From the IMG/VR virus record IMGVR_UViG_3300045988_053936: a stretch of DNA of 51,533 nt; one strand, written 5' to 3'. Below the pieces are notes generated by a model, which was given only the letters and a program-made list of their open reading frames with translations, had not been told where the DNA came from and searched no databases. Below are positions 15,139-23,891 of this stretch, piece after piece. The position numbers were made by a program, and so were the translations under genes. The DNA is from a virus. The stretch's first letter is position 1; each line of letters starts with the position of its first letter.

Positions 15139-15499
15139 CGTTCGCCGCCTCCCATCTCTTTCTCATTTCTTTCCACGCCTCCAGGGTGAGGGGGCGGCCG
15201 CAAAATCTGCAAAAATGATTCTGGGCATAGAAAATGTCGTCACTTTCAATTTCTGGTCCTTTTAAGTAGCTCATTCCCCATCTCGTAACGCATACAGCAG
15301 TACGATAATCTTGAACACCGTCATTTTTGCAGAAACTACACCCCGGCCACACCCGCTCCAGCTGCTCCCGGCTGACGGGGTGGAGGGCGGAAAGGGCGGC
15401 TTTCTGCCATGCGTTCACCCACTCCGACAATGTTTCAGTCTCGATGTGTTCGTAAATCTCGTTGACGTTCACATCAGCAATTAAATCTTTTAGGTTCAT
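15128..15499 (-). CDS. Hypothetical Cys-containing protein (123 aa)
   Basis: Contains CSFC...CRFCG pairs. Confidence 0.5.
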   Translation of the reverse strand: MNLKDLIADVNVNEIYEHIETETLSEWVNAWQKAALSALHPVSREQLERVWPGCSFCKNDGVQDYRTAVCVTRWGMSYLKGPEIESDDIFYAQNHFCRFCGRPLTLEAWKEMRKRWEAANDAD

Positions 15500-15771
15500 T
15501 CCAGCTCCTCCAGCATCTCCATCTCCTCCGCGCTCAGAATCGCCGCCCGGGTGTTCCAGGCGAGGCGGGCTTCGTGTTCCGTCTTATACCATCCGCTGCT
15601 CGTAAAACATTTCATGCAGATCACATTTCTGCGGACATTTGGCTGATAGTAACGTTCGCTCCGTACCCTTGCCTTTCCTCTGCACATAGGACATAGCAGC
15701 AGCACCCCCGCATCCGTCAGCCGCTTCGCCGCCTCCCGGTCACCCATCAGGGCGCGCTTGACATCATTCAT
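15496..15771 (-). CDS. Lar-like zinc-ribbon protein (second copy)
   Basis: LLCPMCRGKA...CMKC...EHEARLAWNTRA. Confidence 0.55.
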   Translation of the reverse strand: MNDVKRALMGDREAAKRLTDAGVLLLCPMCRGKARVRSERYYQPNVRRNVICMKCFTSSGWYKTEHEARLAWNTRAAILSAEEMEMLEELE

Positions 15772-16840
15772 AAAATCCCTCCAGCCTTATTTGATCGGCA
15801 TTTCTTTGCAGGCTTTTCATCTGTTCCCTATAGGCTAAAAACTGCCTTGTGTACTCGTATGACTGCCCGAAGACAGCCTCCATTGCTCTATACCGCTTGG
15901 GTTCAAACTCATGGACAAGACCAATCTCCTGTTCAAAATCTTTTCCAAACGGGCAGCCAGCACAACCTGTACGCTTCATACCCCACAATTCGTAGCAGTC
16001 TGACCTGATGATTCCGGCCCATTTCCGATATGCCTCTTTTTCCGCATCTCCCCACCAAAAGATTGGACGGTAGTTGTCGGGGCCACAAAAAATCTCGTCA
16101 TAACACGATTTATAGGCGCTGCTCCGTGTTCCACCCTCTTTTTTACGGATACCAGTGATGTTAAGGTCGTAATCTCCAATTAAAAGTTCCTTGTGTGCGG
16201 GCACCTTTTTTGAATACTCGCAGCACTTGGCTGAAATCCTAAAATCTGGTGGGTTCTGCCGGATAAACTCCTTCAGACCTTTGACATACGCAATGTTAAA
16301 CCTAGATTCTCTCCCGTTAGCTGTCTTGAAATCATTGCACCACCACCTGAGCGCTGAGCGGCATCCAGGATATCTGTCGAGCAACACTTCCAGCGGCTTA
16401 TCCTCCCATTGGAACCCGTGTTTCTGGAGCCGATAAATCATGCTGGACACATACTTGGACCAGAACGGAACCCCATAATCTCGGCAACAACTCGGGATTG
16501 CCTTTTGGGGAAAAAGTCGCTTGATCTGGATGCCATAACGCTCTTTGAGGCGCATCAAATGCTCTTTCGTAGCGTCATATTCCAGACCTGTGTCGTTAAA
16601 CACAAATGTTGTTTTAGCCCGGCCTCCACACCGAATGACCAAGTCCAGAACAATATCGCTGTCATAACCTCCGGAAATCGAACACATGACTTTTTCATGC
16701 TGCTTTAATGCATAGTAGCATTTCTGTGCTGTGTTTTGGATTTCAAAAATCTGCGGCCAGTTAGATAAATCAGGTACACCATAGATATCTAGCTTGATCT
16801 CACTGATTTTTTCCTCCCGAAAAAGCGTTATTTCCTCCAC
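15764..16840 (-). CDS. PAPS reductase / PP-loop ATPase family protein
   Basis: PP-loop CSISGGYDSDIV, a KCCEYSKKVP motif, TGIRKKEGGTR, and a C-terminal GCAGCPFG. GTG start. Confidence 0.7.
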   Translation of the reverse strand: MEEITLFREEKISEIKLDIYGVPDLSNWPQIFEIQNTAQKCYYALKQHEKVMCSISGGYDSDIVLDLVIRCGGRAKTTFVFNDTGLEYDATKEHLMRLKERYGIQIKRLFPQKAIPSCCRDYGVPFWSKYVSSMIYRLQKHGFQWEDKPLEVLLDRYPGCRSALRWWCNDFKTANGRESRFNIAYVKGLKEFIRQNPPDFRISAKCCEYSKKVPAHKELLIGDYDLNITGIRKKEGGTRSSAYKSCYDEIFCGPDNYRPIFWWGDAEKEAYRKWAGIIRSDCYELWGMKRTGCAGCPFGKDFEQEIGLVHEFEPKRYRAMEAVFGQSYEYTRQFLAYREQMKSLQRNADQIRLEGFYE

Positions 16841-17082
16841 TGCTCTTCCTTCTTCCCTTTACCTTGTTCCAGCGGGCAGCTCTCGATGGCGTATGTAGTC
16901 ACCCAATGCTTTACGCCGTATTGATCTCTCCCAACAATGAACGTCCGTTTCTTGGCCGTCCAGCCCGGTACTGGCTTTCCCTCGCGCAGCCATGGACACT
17001 TGCTGATCGGGCAGCAGCAATCCATGCAGGGGTTGGCTGAATACCGCCGGATGGGGACCAAGTATTGTTCAAGTTCGCCCAT
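16828..17082 (-). CDS. Hypothetical Cys-rich protein (84 aa)
   Basis: GGAGG lies 9 nt upstream of the ATG. Confidence 0.55.
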   Translation of the reverse strand: MGELEQYLVPIRRYSANPCMDCCCPISKCPWLREGKPVPGWTAKKRTFIVGRDQYGVKHWVTTYAIESCPLEQGKGKKEEQWRK

Positions 17083-17449
17083 AGGGCCTTACCTCCACCT
17101 GTATGTTATCGTTTTCCCAAAATTCATGGGACACTTTCCGCACCCATTCCCGGTTGTCGTCCGGCAGTATGTAGCCTTTCATGGCGTCTAAAAATGCCTT
17201 ACCCATGGCGGCGTGATTGTCCACGTCCAGGCCATCGTTCCAGCGAAAAATGACTTCGACAGGGCCTTTGACGAACTGTTTTCGGATATGTGCCTTTTTC
17301 ATGGACCACAGCGCCAGAGAGTGGAGTTCTTCTGCGTCCCGCTTCCGCTGTGACCAATGTTTCCCGGCATAATACGCATTCAGGCCAAACCGCTTGTTCC
17401 AGGCCGCTTTTCCCCTTTTGGTGGGCGGATACGGAATTTCAAAAATCAA
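17069..17449 (-). CDS. rusA: RusA-like Holliday junction resolvase
   Basis: DVDNHAAMGKAFLDAMKGYILPDDN is a RusA-type acidic motif. The TTG start lies 7 nt after AGGAGG. Confidence 0.6.
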   Translation of the reverse strand: MIFEIPYPPTKRGKAAWNKRFGLNAYYAGKHWSQRKRDAEELHSLALWSMKKAHIRKQFVKGPVEVIFRWNDGLDVDNHAAMGKAFLDAMKGYILPDDNREWVRKVSHEFWENDNIQVEVRPYGRT

Positions 17450-17571
17450 ATTCCCATCCTCCTTGCCAGCTCTTTCAGGGCTGCCTCGTATTCGTCCGGC
17501 GGCAATCCCTGGAGCTTTTTCTTCTCCCGCTCATAAGCGGTCCAGTCAGCGTTCCCAGCCGTAGACTCCAT
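17446..17571 (-). CDS. Possible 41-aa ORF overlapping the helicase 3' end
   Basis: AAGGGAG lies 6 nt before the ATG. Translation MESTAGNADWTAYEREKKKLQGLPPDEYEAALKELARRMGI. TTGA overlap with the rusA start. Confidence 0.35.
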   Translation of the reverse strand: MESTAGNADWTAYEREKKKLQGLPPDEYEAALKELARRMGI

Positions 17572-18841
17572 CGCTTTCTCCCTTCTTTGTGTATCGGCGG
17601 CACCGGGCATCATAGACCAGCTGGATGTTTGCCGTTGAGCCGTAGGAGCGATTTTTCAGGATGCTCAGCCCGGCGTCATACCCATAGGCCGCGATGTCCT
17701 TTTCTTCCATCCGTTCCAGCGAAAAGGCGTTGTCCGCCCGGTTTGTGATGTCCGCCGACCCGCCGATGTCGTCCGCGGTCAGCAGCTTCTTTTTGTCGTT
17801 ATCGCCCTTCCGGGGGTGTGCCACCAGATGCACATGCACCTCGTTTTTCTTGGCGAACTCCACCAGCCGCCCCGTGAACCGGCTCTGCGCCCGGTAGAAG
17901 TCCTTATCGCTCTGGTCGTTGAACCGGGCGGTCATCAGGTTGTCCACAAGAAATACACAGCAGCCGAACCGGCGAACGGCATACTCGAACACGGAAATGA
18001 TGCTGTCCTCGTCCCCAGCACCGGCCACCCGGTTGTCGTACAGGAAAAACTTCCCCTTCCACCAACCGTCGATCCGGTCCGCGATCTCCTTCGGCGTGTA
18101 GTAATACAGCTTCCCGGACACCGGGTCCCGCTTCGGCTCGATATGCCCGGCCCCAGCGGCCTGTAGCATGGCCCACTGCTTGAAGCGCCAGGCCGACAGT
18201 TCCCCGGAGTATGCGCAGACCGGGAAGCCCTGGTCGATGGCATTTAGAAGCAGCTGGGACAGTAGCGTGGACTTGCCGCTGCCGCGCTTTCCAGTCCACA
18301 CGGACAGCTCCGATGGGGCAAAGCCTCCGATGGACTGGTCCAGTGCTTTTAGACCGGACATGACGGCGACGGATGCGCTGGGGTCTCTCCGCTCCACGTC
18401 CGCCAGGTCCAACAGACCGTCCATGGGTTGTTCCACGGCCCCCAGCAGCAGGTGGTCCACGGCCTTCCTGCCGCCGGAAGCCAGCACGTCCCGGATACGG
18501 GAACATTTCCCGAAGGCCCCTTCCTTTGGCAGCAGCACAGCCACAGATGGCGCGTATTCTTTGAGTGCGTCCGCCACGGCTTCGGCCGTATCACGGTCGG
18601 ACAGAGCCAAAAACACAGATGGGAAGGCACTCAAGAATGGTTCAGCATCCCGGAAGTTCTCAAAGCCCGCTCCGTAGGCAAGGCAAACGGCGTTCTGGTT
18701 GTCCAGGGCTGTCACATCCTGGGCGTCCGCCACAAACCACAGCGTTTTCCGGGTGTCCATGGCGATCTCGTCGTAAAGCAGCCAACGGGAAGCATCAGGT
18801 AAACTTGGCAAATGGATCTTCTCCTCCTTCGGGTGGTTCAT
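17546..18841 (-). CDS. DnaB-like replicative helicase with degenerate Toprim-like N-terminus
   Basis: Walker A GKRGSGKSTLL, Walker B VFLVDNLM, and DnaB C-terminal-domain architecture. Confidence 0.75.
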   Translation of the reverse strand: MNHPKEEKIHLPSLPDASRWLLYDEIAMDTRKTLWFVADAQDVTALDNQNAVCLAYGAGFENFRDAEPFLSAFPSVFLALSDRDTAEAVADALKEYAPSVAVLLPKEGAFGKCSRIRDVLASGGRKAVDHLLLGAVEQPMDGLLDLADVERRDPSASVAVMSGLKALDQSIGGFAPSELSVWTGKRGSGKSTLLSQLLLNAIDQGFPVCAYSGELSAWRFKQWAMLQAAGAGHIEPKRDPVSGKLYYYTPKEIADRIDGWWKGKFFLYDNRVAGAGDEDSIISVFEYAVRRFGCCVFLVDNLMTARFNDQSDKDFYRAQSRFTGRLVEFAKKNEVHVHLVAHPRKGDNDKKKLLTADDIGGSADITNRADNAFSLERMEEKDIAAYGYDAGLSILKNRSYGSTANIQLVYDARCRRYTKKGESDGVYGWER

Positions 18842-19418
18842 CTTCCCATCTCCCCTGGTTTAGCCAAGTGGCGGGATTTGGGATATATTGTCCTCCGTCT
18901 TTCTGCCACTTTGGCCATAGCTTCTGTTTGGAAACGGCATCCAAAATGGTTTCTGTCAGCTCTTCTGACGGTTTCAGTTTCTCCCAAGACTCCCTGGCTT
19001 TCTTTTTCCCGGTTTTGTTTGGGTACAAAGCCCAAAACCTGTCAAACCGTTCCCCCTGGGGGGACGATAGGGGGGATTTATTCTCTCTGTTAGGAGAGAT
19101 AGTATCGGTTTCGGTTTCGGTTTCGGTTTTTTGGGTTAAGTTGGGTTTCTTTGGGTTTTTTTCGGTTTTCTTAGGCCTCCCGCCCTTAACCCCATTTTCC
19201 CTGTTTTTCTCCGCCTTTTTGGTATAGGACTCCTTAAAACGGTCCTCCTGCATCATGACACGTTCGGCAAAAAACCGCTCATTGCCACAAAGTGCTATCG
19301 GCGTCCCTGACTCGCTGTATTCCAGCAAAGCCCTGCACAGCCGACCGAACTCTGCATCGTTGAGTGCAGACATCTCCCTTTTGTATTCCCATGGGAGTGC
19401 AGCATAGTTTCTGGCCAT
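18795..19418 (-). CDS. Replication organiser (DnaD-like helper), two domains joined by a K/T/E/P-rich linker
   Basis: The C-terminal FDRFWALYPNKTGKKKA...WLNQGRWEDE pattern resembles phage replisome organisers. It sits directly upstream of the helicase. Confidence 0.5.
   Translation of the reverse strand: MARNYAALPWEYKREMSALNDAEFGRLCRALLEYSESGTPIALCGNERFFAERVMMQEDRFKESYTKKAEKNRENGVKGGRPKKTEKNPKKPNLTQKTETETETDTISPNRENKSPLSSPQGERFDRFWALYPNKTGKKKARESWEKLKPSEELTETILDAVSKQKLWPKWQKDGGQYIPNPATWLNQGRWEDEPPEGGEDPFAKFT
19105..19167. repeat. Iteron-like repeats inside the organiser linker (candidate origin)
   Basis: TCGGTT x4 in tandem (19105-19128). TTGGGTT x3 at exactly 10-bp phasing (19131, 19141, 19151). 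One more TCGGTT at 19162. Confidence 0.45.
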
Positions 19419-19427
19419 CGTGTCACC

Positions 19428-19823
19428 TCAAAACGGCAGCTCGCCGTCTTCCTCCGAGATTTCCGCAAAATCAGCCTGCTTGTATTCCGGCGCTTCCTTA
19501 TTCTCCTTCTTGGAGTCTCCGAAGTACACGTTGTCGGCCACAACCTCCGCTGTACGGCGCTTGTTCCCACTCTTGTCCGTCCACTCTCTGATCTGTAACC
19601 GTCCCTCTACAATCGCCATACGGCCCTTGGAGAAGTATTTTGAGACAAACTCTGCCGTGTTGCGCCACGCAACCACTTCAATGAAGTCCGTCTCCTTCTC
19701 CCCGTTGGTCTTGAAATCCCGGTCTACGGCCAGTGTAAAGGATGTGACAGCCGTCCCACCGTTTGTCCGTCTGATTTCCGGGTCTTTCGTCATCCGGCCC
19801 AGCAAAAAGCATTTATTCAGCAT
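19428..19823 (-). CDS. ssb: Single-stranded DNA-binding protein
   Basis: OB-fold N-terminus (LLGRMTKDPEIR...) and an acidic tail ending DGELPF. Confidence 0.85.
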   Translation of the reverse strand: MLNKCFLLGRMTKDPEIRRTNGGTAVTSFTLAVDRDFKTNGEKETDFIEVVAWRNTAEFVSKYFSKGRMAIVEGRLQIREWTDKSGNKRRTAEVVADNVYFGDSKKENKEAPEYKQADFAEISEEDGELPF

Positions 19824-20154
19824 TTTCGACTCCTTTGTGATAGATCATATCCTCCCGGTTCCAGTCCGGGTAAAATCCTTTCAGATACGCCACCAGATAG
19901 CAGTACAGGCTTTCTCTTGTGGTGCCTCGTCCTAGCCTCTGGATGTTCGCGCCCTCGTCATAGGCTCTGTGACAGGCCGGGCAGAGGGTCACGATATTTC
20001 TCTCGATCCCCTTTCCTCCCTGGCTCCGGCGGACCACATGGGCCACTGGATCACCATATGGAGAGCCGCACAGCACACAGAAGCCATTGTCTCGGATGTA
20101 CACGGCTTTCTTGACTTCCGGAGGAATAGATGTTGCCTTAGTCTCTGCCCGCAT
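19813..20154 (-). CDS. HNH endonuclease
   Basis: CVLCG...HVVRRSQGG...NIVTLCPACH. ATG 20154 lies 7 nt after GGGAG. Confidence 0.75.
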   Translation of the reverse strand: MRAETKATSIPPEVKKAVYIRDNGFCVLCGSPYGDPVAHVVRRSQGGKGIERNIVTLCPACHRAYDEGANIQRLGRGTTRESLYCYLVAYLKGFYPDWNREDMIYHKGVENAE

Positions 20155-20476
20155 GTCCCCACTCCCTTTCCACCTGTGCATCCAGCATTCGAAGCTGCAG
20201 CTTCATGGCATTGATTGCTTCAAGGGCGGATTTGTAAACGACCTCTGCGCAGTCCCGTTCAAACCGCAGCTTTGCGATCTCCCGATCTCCACGGCAGATG
20301 TCGGAGATGATCGTTACCGGCGTACCTTTGGACCGTTCATCCAAAATTCTCTTTGCCAGAGCGATCCGGTATTCCTGTTCAGACTGGGCATAGGAGCGTC
20401 CGCGCTTCCCAAGCTCCTGCACGGCGGCGTCCAACAGCTTGCTTTTCTGACCGATCTCGGAGATCAAATCAATCAT
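20138..20476 (-). CDS. Hypothetical protein (112 aa)
   Basis: Coupled ORF in the recombination module. Confidence 0.55.
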   Translation of the reverse strand: MIDLISEIGQKSKLLDAAVQELGKRGRSYAQSEQEYRIALAKRILDERSKGTPVTIISDICRGDREIAKLRFERDCAEVVYKSALEAINAMKLQLRMLDAQVEREWGHAGRD

Positions 20477-21077
20477 GGTTCATCTCCTTAATGCAGTCCA
20501 GGCAGTAGACGTGCCCGAACTTCTCCATGCTGGCGTTCACGTGCTTCATGATCGACACCGTGACGCCTTTGGAGTCCTTGTACGCTTCCAAGACCTTCCC
20601 GCATTTCTCGCATGTGGTGACATCGACTTTCGCCACAATATCGGTCTTGTCATACTTCGTCTTGTCCTTGTCCCAGTACACGTCAGCGGCGATCCCAAGG
20701 GCCTTGCAAGCCACGGAGAGGGCATCCGTCAAGGCCATCTTGTAGCACTCGTCAGAGGTGTACAGACCGCTCTTCTCTTTTGTGATAAAGGCGCTGCCGC
20801 CGGTACCGGGAACTGCCTCGGACCACTCGCCGTTGTATTTGTAGTACAGTGAGATGTCCATGAATGCGGAGATTTCCCCGTTGGCCCCGGTCTCCAGCCA
20901 CTCCCGGTCAATGGTGTATTTCCAGCCAATGCCACATGGGCCGAATTGCTCCGTCAGCTTCTTGATGCGCCACATAGGGTTGATATCGGTCTTTCCGTTC
21001 AGCCGCCCACCTCTGATCTCCTTCTTGGCCTCTGCGGGGACGGCCCGGACATTGTTGTAAATGTCAAGGTTCATCAC
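20469..21077 (-). CDS. Rad52/Sak-type single-strand annealing protein with C-terminal zinc ribbon
   Basis: NPMWRIKKLTEQFGPCGIGWKY...ALSVACKALGIAADVY resembles the Rad52-like SSAP core. Confidence 0.6.
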   Translation of the reverse strand: MMNLDIYNNVRAVPAEAKKEIRGGRLNGKTDINPMWRIKKLTEQFGPCGIGWKYTIDREWLETGANGEISAFMDISLYYKYNGEWSEAVPGTGGSAFITKEKSGLYTSDECYKMALTDALSVACKALGIAADVYWDKDKTKYDKTDIVAKVDVTTCEKCGKVLEAYKDSKGVTVSIMKHVNASMEKFGHVYCLDCIKEMNHD

Positions 21078-21559
21078 TTCACCCCCACAGAAATCCCTTC
21101 AACCAAGACAGCCCCAGGCACTTCCTGCCCAGCCTTTAGGACCTTGCCCAGCTCGCTCTTGCTGATTTCCGGGGCTTTGTACCGGATGCACTCCTTATGC
21201 CCGTTCAGCTCCGCCCACTCGATGGCGGCGGAAGGGTTGTCCACATTTACGGAAGTGGTCTTTCGGAACGTCACCGCGCATTTCGGCGTGGAGAACTTCT
21301 CCCCGTGTAGCGCGTAAGAGAGATACTCCTTGAGCCGCGCCGCCTTGTTCTCTGCCACTTTCTGCCGCTCCGCCAGGGCCTCCTTCTCCGCTTTGATGGC
21401 TTCCGCATCGGAAACCAAGTTCTTGTAGTAACAGGCGATGTTCTCGATCTTCTGGTCCCGCGCCATTTGGAGATTGTCCAGCGCCTCAAAGTCGGTGATC
21501 TCTCCAGTCTCCGGGTCTGCCAGATCAGTAATGGCCTTATCGATCTCGTAAAGTGTCAT
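21074..21559 (-). CDS. Siphovirus Gp157-like protein
   Basis: MTLYEIDKAI...coiled coil...KFSTPKCAVTFRKT pattern, adjacent to the SSAP. Confidence 0.55.
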   Translation of the reverse strand: MTLYEIDKAITDLADPETGEITDFEALDNLQMARDQKIENIACYYKNLVSDAEAIKAEKEALAERQKVAENKAARLKEYLSYALHGEKFSTPKCAVTFRKTTSVNVDNPSAAIEWAELNGHKECIRYKAPEISKSELGKVLKAGQEVPGAVLVEGISVGVK

Positions 21560-21560
21560 G

Positions 21561-21755
21561 TCATGTTCTCCCTTCATTCCAAGCTCTCACCGCGTGATTT
21601 ATATCAGTAAATTTCCGAGTTCGCCATCCGCAGGCGTCGCAGGCCACCAGGAACATATCCGGGTTGCCCTCGATTGCCAATCGCTGGCCGGAATACAGGC
21701 CACATCTTGGGCAGGGACCTAACTCGCCTCTTGGGCGTTTCGCATGTGCGTTCAT
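21561..21755 (-). CDS. Lar-like zinc-ribbon protein (third copy)
   Basis: CPRCG...CDACGWRT...INHAVRAWNEGR. ATGA overlap with the upstream stop. Confidence 0.5.
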   Translation of the reverse strand: MNAHAKRPRGELGPCPRCGLYSGQRLAIEGNPDMFLVACDACGWRTRKFTDINHAVRAWNEGRT

Positions 21756-22342
21756 TCTTCGCACCACCAGATATCCGCCGTTTTTACTCCCAGTGATAAG
21801 GCTTCCTGGTGCTCCTTGACGGCAATGTCAATGTGGTCTTCCTTGACTGCCGTCCCGGTATCATCCGCCCGCAGATAGGCCATCTCGCCGTTGTACTCGA
21901 TCATGATGGTGCTGCCCAGCGGTATAATGTCCGTATCCACGGCGCAGCTCACATAGGGCGTTACACGCCTGCCGCTGGCTGTGATGCCGGAGCCTGTCCC
22001 ACAGATGTGGGGCCGTTCCTCGCAGCAGTAGAAGGTGATGGTCACGTCCTCCAGCTTGTGAGACCGGGCCAGCAAAGCGGCTTCGATCAGCTCATTTTCG
22101 GCGGCCTCCATCTCTTCCCCTGTCAGATAACAGCGAGTGGTGGCCGTGGTATTGTCGCCAGGGAGGCTGCCGTCTTCCGCGGTGGGGTCTGGCTTGTGCA
22201 TAGCGGGTAGTTCCGCTTCCACCGTCATAATCAGGTAGCTTCCCAGCCACGCCAGCAGAAGTAATAGGAACAGAAGATATGTAATCAGCTGCAACCGCCT
22301 CTGGCTCCGGCGGCGCCGCTCTTCCCGGGTCAGTTTCTTCAT
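21752..22342 (-). CDS. Membrane-anchored 3D-domain (RlpA-like DPBB) protein
   Basis: N-terminal [22 protein letters not shown]. The C-terminus [27 protein letters not shown]...[13 protein letters not shown] is 3D-domain-like. Confidence 0.6.
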   Translation of the reverse strand: MKKLTREERRRRSQRRLQLITYLLFLLLLLAWLGSYLIMTVEAELPAMHKPDPTAEDGSLPGDNTTATTRCYLTGEEMEAAENELIEAALLARSHKLEDVTITFYCCEERPHICGTGSGITASGRRVTPYVSCAVDTDIIPLGSTIMIEYNGEMAYLRADDTGTAVKEDHIDIAVKEHQEALSLGVKTADIWWCEE

Positions 22343-23259
22343 AGGATGTGCCTCACCGCTTCTTCGCGGGTGATATAGAAATGGATGCCCGTGCTGCACT
22401 CGTTCCAGCGGTTTTCGTCGAAATCCGAAACGGAGACCACAGTTCCGGGAATGTAATGGAAGTTCTTATCTCTATCACTGACGGCGGCCTGCTCCAATGC
22501 ATTCCCCTCTAAATCCTGAATCTCCAAAACGGTTGCCTTTGAGCAGCGGCACTCCCGGCCTGCTGCGGAACTGCGCACGGCATCTTCGGTAATTTCCAGC
22601 TTTACAATGCACTCATGACCGCTGGTTTTGGCCCTTGCCTTTTTCCAGCCGACAAAAGCGCCGATTTCCGGGCAGGCAATGGGATAAAATAAATTTTTTG
22701 CCTTTTCAATGTAGTCGGCCCCGAACAGGTTGGCCCTGGACAGGTTGGCCCCGGACAGGTTGGCCCCGGACAGGTCGGCCCCGAACAGGTTGGCCCTGGA
22801 CAGGTCGGCCCTGGACAGGTTGGCCCCGGACAGGTTGGCCCCGGACAGGTCGGCCCCGGACAGGTCGGCCCCGGACAGGTTGGCCCCGAACAGGTTGGCC
22901 CTGGACAGGTCGGCCCCGGACAGGTTGGCCCTGGACAGGTCGGCCCTGGACAGGTTGGCCCCGGACAGGTTGGCCCCGAACAGGTTGGCCCCGGACAGGT
23001 CGGCCACGAACAGGTTGGCCCCGGACAGGTTGGCCCTGGACAGGTTGGCCCCGGACAGGTTGGCCCCGGACAGGTCGGCCCCGGACAGGTTGGCCCCGAA
23101 CAGGTTGGCCCTGGACAGGTCGGCCACGAACAGGTTGGCCCCGGACAGGTTGGCCCCGAACAGGTTGGCCCCGAACAGGTTGGCCCGTTTTCCGCCATTT
23201 TCGCCTCGTATCCATTTAAGGTGCTTGTCCAAAATATTTTTCAACTCTTGTTTGTCCAT
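22339..23259 (-). CDS. Pentapeptide-repeat protein (31 consecutive A(N/D)L(S/F)(G/R/V) units) with a globular C-terminal domain
   Basis: Read directly from the translation. ATGA overlap with the 3D-domain gene. Confidence 0.85.
   Translation of the reverse strand: MDKQELKNILDKHLKWIRGENGGKRANLFGANLFGANLSGANLFVADLSRANLFGANLSGADLSGANLSGANLSRANLSGANLFVADLSGANLFGANLSGANLSRADLSRANLSGADLSRANLFGANLSGADLSGADLSGANLSGANLSRADLSRANLFGADLSGANLSGANLSRANLFGADYIEKAKNLFYPIACPEIGAFVGWKKARAKTSGHECIVKLEITEDAVRSSAAGRECRCSKATVLEIQDLEGNALEQAAVSDRDKNFHYIPGTVVSVSDFDENRWNECSTGIHFYITREEAVRHIL
22715..23186. repeat. About 31 tandem 15-bp units (plus strand: YGRACAGGTYGGCCM)
   Basis: Units differ only at 4 biallelic positions. 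All six frames are open, which explains the five overlapping track ORFs. Confidence 0.9.
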
Positions 23260-23262
23260 GCG

Positions 23263-23439
23263 TTATTCCTCCTTGTAGGTTTCCCGGAAGCTGCCTTCGG
23301 GGAAATCGAACTCCACGGTGAAATGATGGTGCCGCTCGTTGATGGAGACCACCCAGCACCGTCTAGGGCCGTTTTTTTCTTTCATGAATGCGCTGGTGTC
23401 CAGTGTAGGCGTCATGTACAGTACGTCTCCGACTTTCAC
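23263..23439 (-). CDS. Hypothetical protein (58 aa if the GTG start is used)
   Basis: GTG 23439 lies 7 nt after GGAGG. The longer track ORF start (TTG 23547) lacks an SD. Confidence 0.45.
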   Translation of the reverse strand: MKVGDVLYMTPTLDTSAFMKEKNGPRRCWVVSINERHHHFTVEFDFPEGSFRETYKEE

Positions 23440-23525
23440 CGCTCTCCCTCCATCCAGGAAAGGAAGCGCATGAACCATGACGTAGCCGTACAAATGCCGA
23501 TTAAAGCAAAAATGTATGTACTCAT
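23436..23525 (-). CDS. Possible 29-aa hydrophobic peptide
   Basis: GGGAG lies 6 nt before ATG 23525. Translation MSTYIFALIGICTATSWFMRFLSWMEGER. GTGA overlap with the next start. Confidence 0.3.
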   Translation of the reverse strand: MSTYIFALIGICTATSWFMRFLSWMEGER

Positions 23526-23527
23526 TT

Positions 23528-23779
23528 TTATCTCCCTGCACGCACAAATCGGATTATTTCGTCATCAGTCAGTGACAAAACCTTATCTAAGGCGCTAATA
23601 TCATCCAACCACCATTTGCGCTTTCCGCTTAGTTTCATAGAGATATTAGATTGGGTCATTCCAGCCAATTCTCCCAGGTCCCGATCGGTATACCCCATAC
23701 GTCCTCCGGCAGAACGAAGAATCCTCGCCCTCTGTTCACATGGGGGAACAGAAAACCTGCTTAGTTTTGTTCGCGCCAT
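23528..23779 (-). CDS. HTH DNA-binding protein
   Basis: DRDLGELAGMTQSNISMKLSGKR is an HTH segment. AAGGAGG RBS. Confidence 0.6.
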   Translation of the reverse strand: MARTKLSRFSVPPCEQRARILRSAGGRMGYTDRDLGELAGMTQSNISMKLSGKRKWWLDDISALDKVLSLTDDEIIRFVRAGR

Positions 23780-23891
23780 GATTTCCTCCTTGATTTTCCC
23801 TTTTGGAGGCGATATACTGTATCCAAAGGGATTGTTCGTGGTTGCTCAATCCTTGCCCGTCTGACTGCTGGTAACGGTCAGGCGGGATTTT

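Noticed and set aside
17694-18802. Many long ORFs on both strands overlapping the helicase gene
   Set aside because: They are GC-rich antisense or off-frame ORFs with Arg/Pro/Gly-rich composition and no RBS. The helicase frame carries the Walker motifs.
22602-23278. Five overlapping ORFs (both strands) and a possible CRISPR-like array in the 15-bp repeat tract
   Set aside because: The units are contiguous with no spacers, so this is not a CRISPR array. The extra ORFs exist only because the repeat lacks stops in all frames. Only the frame giving A(N/D)LXX, continuous with non-repeat N- and C-terminal domains and a coupled stop/start, is credible.
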